This document shows, in pieces, positions 60,101 to 64,000 of a stretch of 64,000 bases of DNA; positions within the stretch are counted from its first letter, which is position 1, and the number at the start of each line of letters is the position of its first letter. The notes under the pieces are model-generated. The model made no database searches and was not told the DNA's origin. It was given only the letters and a program-made list of their open reading frames with translations. Source of the DNA: Tubulanus polymorphus (Eukaryota > Animalia > Nemertea); assembly GCF_964204645.1 (NCBI RefSeq), contig NC_134033.1, positions 2,376,131 through 2,440,130 on the forward strand. Reading direction: 5' to 3'. A program made the position numbers and the translations under genes.

Positions 60101-60658
60101 TGTGGAACCGGGTCCAGCTACGCAAATTGACAAACCACTACAAAATCTTAAAACAATATTGTGGAATCTTCAGGTTTCAAGAAGTATCTATTTCCAATAG
60201 GACCTTAGCAATTAAAAAAGCCTTTTCAGAAATGGGTCCTACTAACTGCAAAATCCTACCAACAGCTTTGTGTAACGGGAAGAAATATCCGTCCTTTCCG
60301 AGGTTTGAACTCTCGATGCCTGGAGTCCAAGGCAGACGCTCTACCGCTTAGCTAAAGAGGATATTCCCGCTAGCCGAGCTAGTAGGAACGCTGTTATACA
60401 CCCAGCCACATTTGATGGGATATTTTGCTTTAGGGAGGGGGTATTAATATTGTTCATGCAACACCAATGACCCCCTGCCACGGGGGGGGGGGGGTACACG
60501 GTGACCGACGCTCAAACCAAAAATAATCTAAAATTCTGGTTCTTTCTCACTTTTGTTGGTGGTACATCCTTTTCCTTCTTATCTTTAGGTCTTGCATCTT
60601 CGGTTTTCTTATCTCTGCTGCTTTCTTTCGCTTCCGACGTTTTCGCTACTTGCGTCAT
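54198..60658 (-). CDS. UPF3: Regulator of nonsense transcripts 3 (UPF3/Smg-4 family), 12 exons, ~584 aa
   Basis: N-terminal RRM-like Smg4_UPF3 domain (KVVIRKLPPSMT, SRAYINF, FDGYVFVDGKGTEYPAVVEFAPFQKVP, DPEYLKF, TTPLIE), a long K/R/E/D/S low-complexity middle and a C-terminal EJC-binding motif RIRNKDRPEREIYVPG. Exons (minus): 60658-60551,59901-59795,59535-59429,59324-59226,58713-58603,58087-58008,57462-57073,56591-56498,55959-55710,55044-54858,54780-54718,54356-54198; all GT-AG, sum 1755 nt. Confidence 0.92.
55167..55269. mobile_element. Inverted pair of degenerate hammerhead motifs, second family
   Basis: Minus: ACT-CTGAAGA-T-GGGTGGAA-gaa-TTCCACCT-GAAA-TGTG. Plus (55231-55269): GACT-CTGAAGA-T-GGGTTGAA-gga-TTCCACCC-AAAA-CATT. 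The differences around GAAA fit CpG decay of an ancestral CCCGAAACGT. Confidence 0.5.
55282..55407. mobile_element. Harbinger/PIF-like MITE (CWG TSD), 'GTTGCTCAAAAGTTGG' subfamily
   Basis: CAG-GGGCCAGTTG...AAAAGTTGGTT ... AACCAACTTTTGAGCAATGGACCC-CAG; other copies ~13528-13654, 37181-37311, 61496-61603. Confidence 0.7.
56078..56385 (+). repeat. 20/28-bp minisatellite (TAACTCGAATTTCGACATAA)
   Basis: Direct inspection. Confidence 0.85.
58989..59154. mobile_element. PIF/Harbinger (Tourist-like) MITE with TAA TSD; second copy 55541-55696
   Basis: TAA-GGGGTCATTCATTTATTACGTACGCAT ... ATGCGTACGTAATAAATGAATGATCCC-TAA. Confidence 0.8.
59563..59781 (+). repeat. ~110-bp repeat, 2 tandem copies; related copies at ~47186-47490
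   Basis: ACATTTTATCAG...TCCACACTTCACATGTGTTCAGTG...CCAGACATTAG. Confidence 0.8.
60292..60361 (-). pseudogene. tRNA-like sequence (SINE head or tRNA pseudogene) in UPF3 intron 1
   Basis: Minus strand TCCTCTTTAGCTAAGCGGTAGAGCG...GAGTTCAAACCTC...AAAGGA: A and B boxes and a D-arm, but anticodon and acceptor stems pair poorly. Confidence 0.55.
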
Positions 60659-61905
60659 TTCGATTTTAAACCCAGTTTTTCATCGCATTTTATTGCTGAA
60701 AAAATTTGATTTTTAAATTCATTTCCGGGTCCACAACTCTGTCGGACTACTGACTCGGACGCCGACTCGGGTACGGACATTGACTCAGGCACGGACGTTT
60801 GACAGTTCTCAGCCCGACACGGCGGCGGAGTACGGCCTTTCCATAGTCTAGCTTATTTCATTCTAACCACTTTGTGGCTAATCTTCACCCAGTCCTAAAT
60901 ATGATCGCTATTCCGTACTATACACTAGCCCCCAATAACGAAAGTCTCAACATCTTAGTTGTTAGTAATCAAGACCTCCTCGGACTGAGTCATCGGGTCG
61001 CAGTCAGTGAAACTGTGGCTGGCCCCCCTCCCGTGTATCAAATATAATGTCAAAATGATAAGTGAAAATATGTAAATATGTAAATATGATGGCTTAGATT
61101 TGGACTACGTAATCATAGCTTCCATTCGAGTACTACGACCGGCTAGACATTTAGAAAAATCGTAAGATTCTGGGTCTTTGCTCCTTGACGGCGACGACCC
61201 TCTGGTTTTTTTTTGTGTGAAATTCTATAGTTTCTGATACTTTAAATTAAACCGCTCCACTGAAAGCGCATTGTTTATGATTAACCGCACCTGCCTCTAA
61301 TGAAACGGGGTAGAGAAAATTAATCCTCTTTGCAGAACAATGTCCGCTTCAGCGAGCACTCGATCCCCATTTAAACAGAATTAAATCCACTATGTTTTGG
61401 CCACCAGGGCCCCTACTCGTTACAGAATCTCTCACCTGTCGCCAAACATGATTAGAAATTCGAAATTCAAAAGATCCTAAAACGACGTAAGCCTGGGGCC
61501 GGTTGCTCAAAAGTTGGTTACTGTAGTAACGATGAATTTTGTAATTGCCACTTTGTCAATATCCACTGGTTAACTCTAACCAACTTTTTAACAACTGCAG
61601 CCCCTTGAAAACATAACCTACCCGCATTCGAAAAATATAAATATGAATGTTACAAAGAACATTACCTTCGGGGTTCCACGTAGCTCCTAGGTGACATGCT
61701 AATGCGATAGATTTGAAGATACGTTCGTATATTATGGACATTTTTATTTCCTGGAAGGGCTTCAACGATCACCAAATAAGAACCAATCAGATTTTCATTT
61801 GTGCGTGATGTCACAAAAATTAACATTTCACAAGGAGGGTTGGGCCTATTGTCGGGTTTGCTGTCCACAATCGAACTGGGAATTACTGAAGTCACACTCA
61901 TCACG

Positions 61906-62241
61906 ATGAACACAATCAACATGTTACTGGTCGTCGTTTACTGTTTCGTCGTAGCTGAAGTTTTCACCGAGTTCCGCTCGAAGAAATTCTCTCGGCTGCC
62001 CAAGTGCTCGTCTGCGGACGACGGACGAAGCGGAAAAGGTTCCCGAAACTGGGCCCCAAACCGCGTGATCGCGAAGAGAAATGCCCGCAGCGTCGTCGAA
62101 TGCGGTGATATTTGTATGAACGACGAGAAATGTTCGGCCATGTCGTTCAACGGGGGACATTGCTACCTGTATGACGTCATCACAGACGACACCTGCATCG
62201 CCAACAACAATCACGATGAAGGTAAAGCGAAGTACTACAAG
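61906..62241 (+). CDS. First coding exon of a secreted PAN/apple-domain protein (gene continues; downstream exons not identified in window)
   Basis: ATG 61906/61921, hydrophobic signal peptide MLLVVVYCFVVAEVFT, then a PAN-like Cys pattern SVVECGDICMNDEKCSAMSFNGGHCYLY. Ends at AAG|gtaaga donor; CpG-rich codon style like the other exons. Confidence 0.7.
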
Positions 62242-62278
62242 GTAAGAATATAATTTAATTACAACCTTCTACTTTTCG

Positions 62279-63250
62279 ATGACTTCAACGAGTCAGTAAA
62301 ATTATGATTAGTTACTAATGATGACCTCATTCTCAATGACTTCAACGATTCCAGTAAAATTATGATTAGTTACTAATGATGACCTCATTCTCAATGACTT
62401 CAACGATTCCAGTAAAATTATGATTAGTTACTAATGATGACCTTCTCATTCTCAATGACTTCAACGATTTCAGTAAAATTATGATTAGTTACTAATGACG
62501 ACCTTCTCATTCTCAATGACTTCAACGATTTCAGTAAAATTATGATTAGTTACTAATGACGACCTTCTCATTCTCAATGACTTCAACGATTCCAGTTAAA
62601 TTATGATTAGTTACTAATGACGACCTTCTCATTCTCAATGACTTCAACGATTCCAGTTAAATTATGATTAGTTACTAATGATGACCTCATTCTCAATGAC
62701 TTCAACGATTCCAGTAAAATTATGATTAGTTACTAATGATGACCTTCTCATTCTCAATGACTTCAACGATTTCAGTAAAATTATGATTAGTTACTAATGA
62801 CGACCTTCTCATTCTCAATGACTTCAACGATTCCAGTTAAATTATGATTAGTTACTAATGACGACCTTCTTATTCTCAATGACTTCAACGATTTCAGTAA
62901 AATTATGATTAGTTACTAATGATGACCTTCTCATTCTCAATGACTTCAACGATTTCAGTAAAATTATGATTAGTTACTAATGACGACCTTCTCATTCTCA
63001 ATGACTTCAACGATTTTAGTAAAATTATGATTAGTTACTAATGACGAACTTCTTATTCTCAATGACTTCAACGATTTGATAGAATTATGATTAATTACTC
63101 AGTATTCAGTAAAATTATAATTACGTGTCGTTACTAATGGATGACCCTCTTATTCTCGATGACTTCAACAATTCAACAAATATGATTCTGATTTTCGTGT
63201 TTATAATTTTCGTTGATTCCAACTATTCAGTAAAATTATAATTACTTAAT
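62279..63250 (+). repeat. 58/61-bp satellite, ~13 homogeneous copies then decayed; older array of the same family at ~38291-38716
   Basis: Unit AATGACTTCAACGATTTCAGTAAAATTATGATTAGTTACTAATGACGACCTTCTCATTCTC. Confidence 0.92.
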
Positions 63251-63385
63251 GATGACGCGACCTTCAAATTCTCGATTGTTTAACTTGGAAACAATTTTCA
63301 GTACGATAAGATAAAAACCCACTATTTAAAAATCAAAAGAAATCTAAAATCGAGAATTTATTTATTGAAACAATCTAAAATATAA

Positions 63386-63430
63386 GAACACGACATTTCG
63401 ATCTCACACTAGAGATCATCGTCAGGTGTG
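63386..63430 (-). ncRNA. Minimal type-I hammerhead ribozyme motif
   Basis: Reverse complement reads CACAC-CUGACGA-U-GAUCUC-uagugu-GAGAUC-GAAA-UG-UC-GUGUUC; stem I ACAC/GUGU. Confidence 0.65.
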
Positions 63431-63484
63431 AGTAGTAGCGGTCATCGTACGATCACCTGACGATGATCGTAGAGGTCATCGTCA

Positions 63485-63530
63485 GATCACCTGACGATGA
63501 TCTCTAGTGTGAGATCGAAAAGTCGTGTTC
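63485..63530 (+). ncRNA. Minimal type-I hammerhead ribozyme motif
   Basis: CUGACGA core, 6-bp stem II, GAAA, UC cleavage dinucleotide, stem I GAUCAC/GUGUUC (one mismatch). Confidence 0.65.
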
Positions 63531-64000
63531 TTATATTTAAGATTGTTTCAATAAATAAATTCTCGATTTTAGAATTCTTTTAATTTGTAAATACGTTTGA
63601 GTGTGGTTATCGTACCAATTTTCAGTGCGGTTGCCAGAACGCATTGCAAACTGGGAGCTTTCTGAATCGGGAAATACGGATACGGCTGATCACAACTTTT
63701 CCAAAAAATCAATTCAATGTTATGTCCATCGTGATTTTCAACTTGCGAAAATTATGTCCAACTTAAGTCTCGCGATTTGCGAAAAGGTTTTAGTTTTAGT
63801 TTTCTTCATTTCTCGCATCATTTGAATAAGATTCATCACAATTTTCACTCCTTTAAAATTTTGTCCAGCTGTCTCTCCGAGGTTTTATTCGGAAAATTCT
63901 CAAATGAAAAAATGACATCTTTTCTTTCTTGTCCCCTTCCATTTTAAAGCGCCTTTCAAAATTGTTTTATTTTAATTATTCCGCGACGAGAAAAATCCCA

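Larger units (their letters stand above)
63301..63615. mobile_element. Fold-back (palindromic) Penelope-like-element remnant carrying two inverted minimal hammerhead ribozyme motifs
   Basis: Inverted arms of ~125 bp. Plus-strand core at 63485-63530: GATCAC-CTGACGA-T-GATCTC-tagtgt-GAGATC-GAAA-AG-TC-GTGTTC. Mirror copy on minus at 63386-63430 (GAAA-TG-TC). Extra partial CTGACGATGATC copies in the spacer. Confidence 0.72.

Noticed and set aside
4485-60658. Functional link between UPF3 and the NMD-prone decoy splice sites in the neighbouring dynein gene
   Set aside because: UPF3 acts in trans; adjacency gives no evidence of coupling.

Overview
Eukaryotic (animal, probably lophotrochozoan-type invertebrate; the taxon is an inference) genomic window with AT-rich introns and CpG-rich exons. 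It holds four protein-coding genes. (1) An intronless rhodopsin-class peptide GPCR (+, ~1.1-2.15 kb) with an apparent 1-nt frameshift before helix 8. (2) A complete axonemal dynein heavy chain, best matching DNAH2 (inner-arm I1/f beta type; +, 4485-51814). I resolved 61 coding exons by hand, summing to 13,578 nt / 4,525 aa, with one U12-type intron and one GC-AG intron. (3) The NMD factor UPF3 (-, 60658-54198; 12 exons, 584 aa), convergent with the dynein. (4) The first exon of a secreted PAN/apple-domain protein (+, 61.9 kb). Introns are packed with short non-autonomous transposons: TTAA/piggyBac-like MITEs (several with nested insertions), CWG- and TAA-TSD Harbinger-like MITEs, hAT-like elements and tRNA-derived SINE heads. 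They also hold satellites, some clearly built from MITE sequence. The most unusual signal is a set of fold-back elements carrying minimal type-I hammerhead-ribozyme cores (CUGANGA...GAAA) of the kind known from Penelope-like retroelements, in two sequence families at ~40.9, ~55.2 and ~63.4 kb. Also notable is a 4x tandem duplication of an exon end plus splice donor that creates stop-codon-containing decoy donors. No CRISPR, rRNA or prokaryotic features are present.
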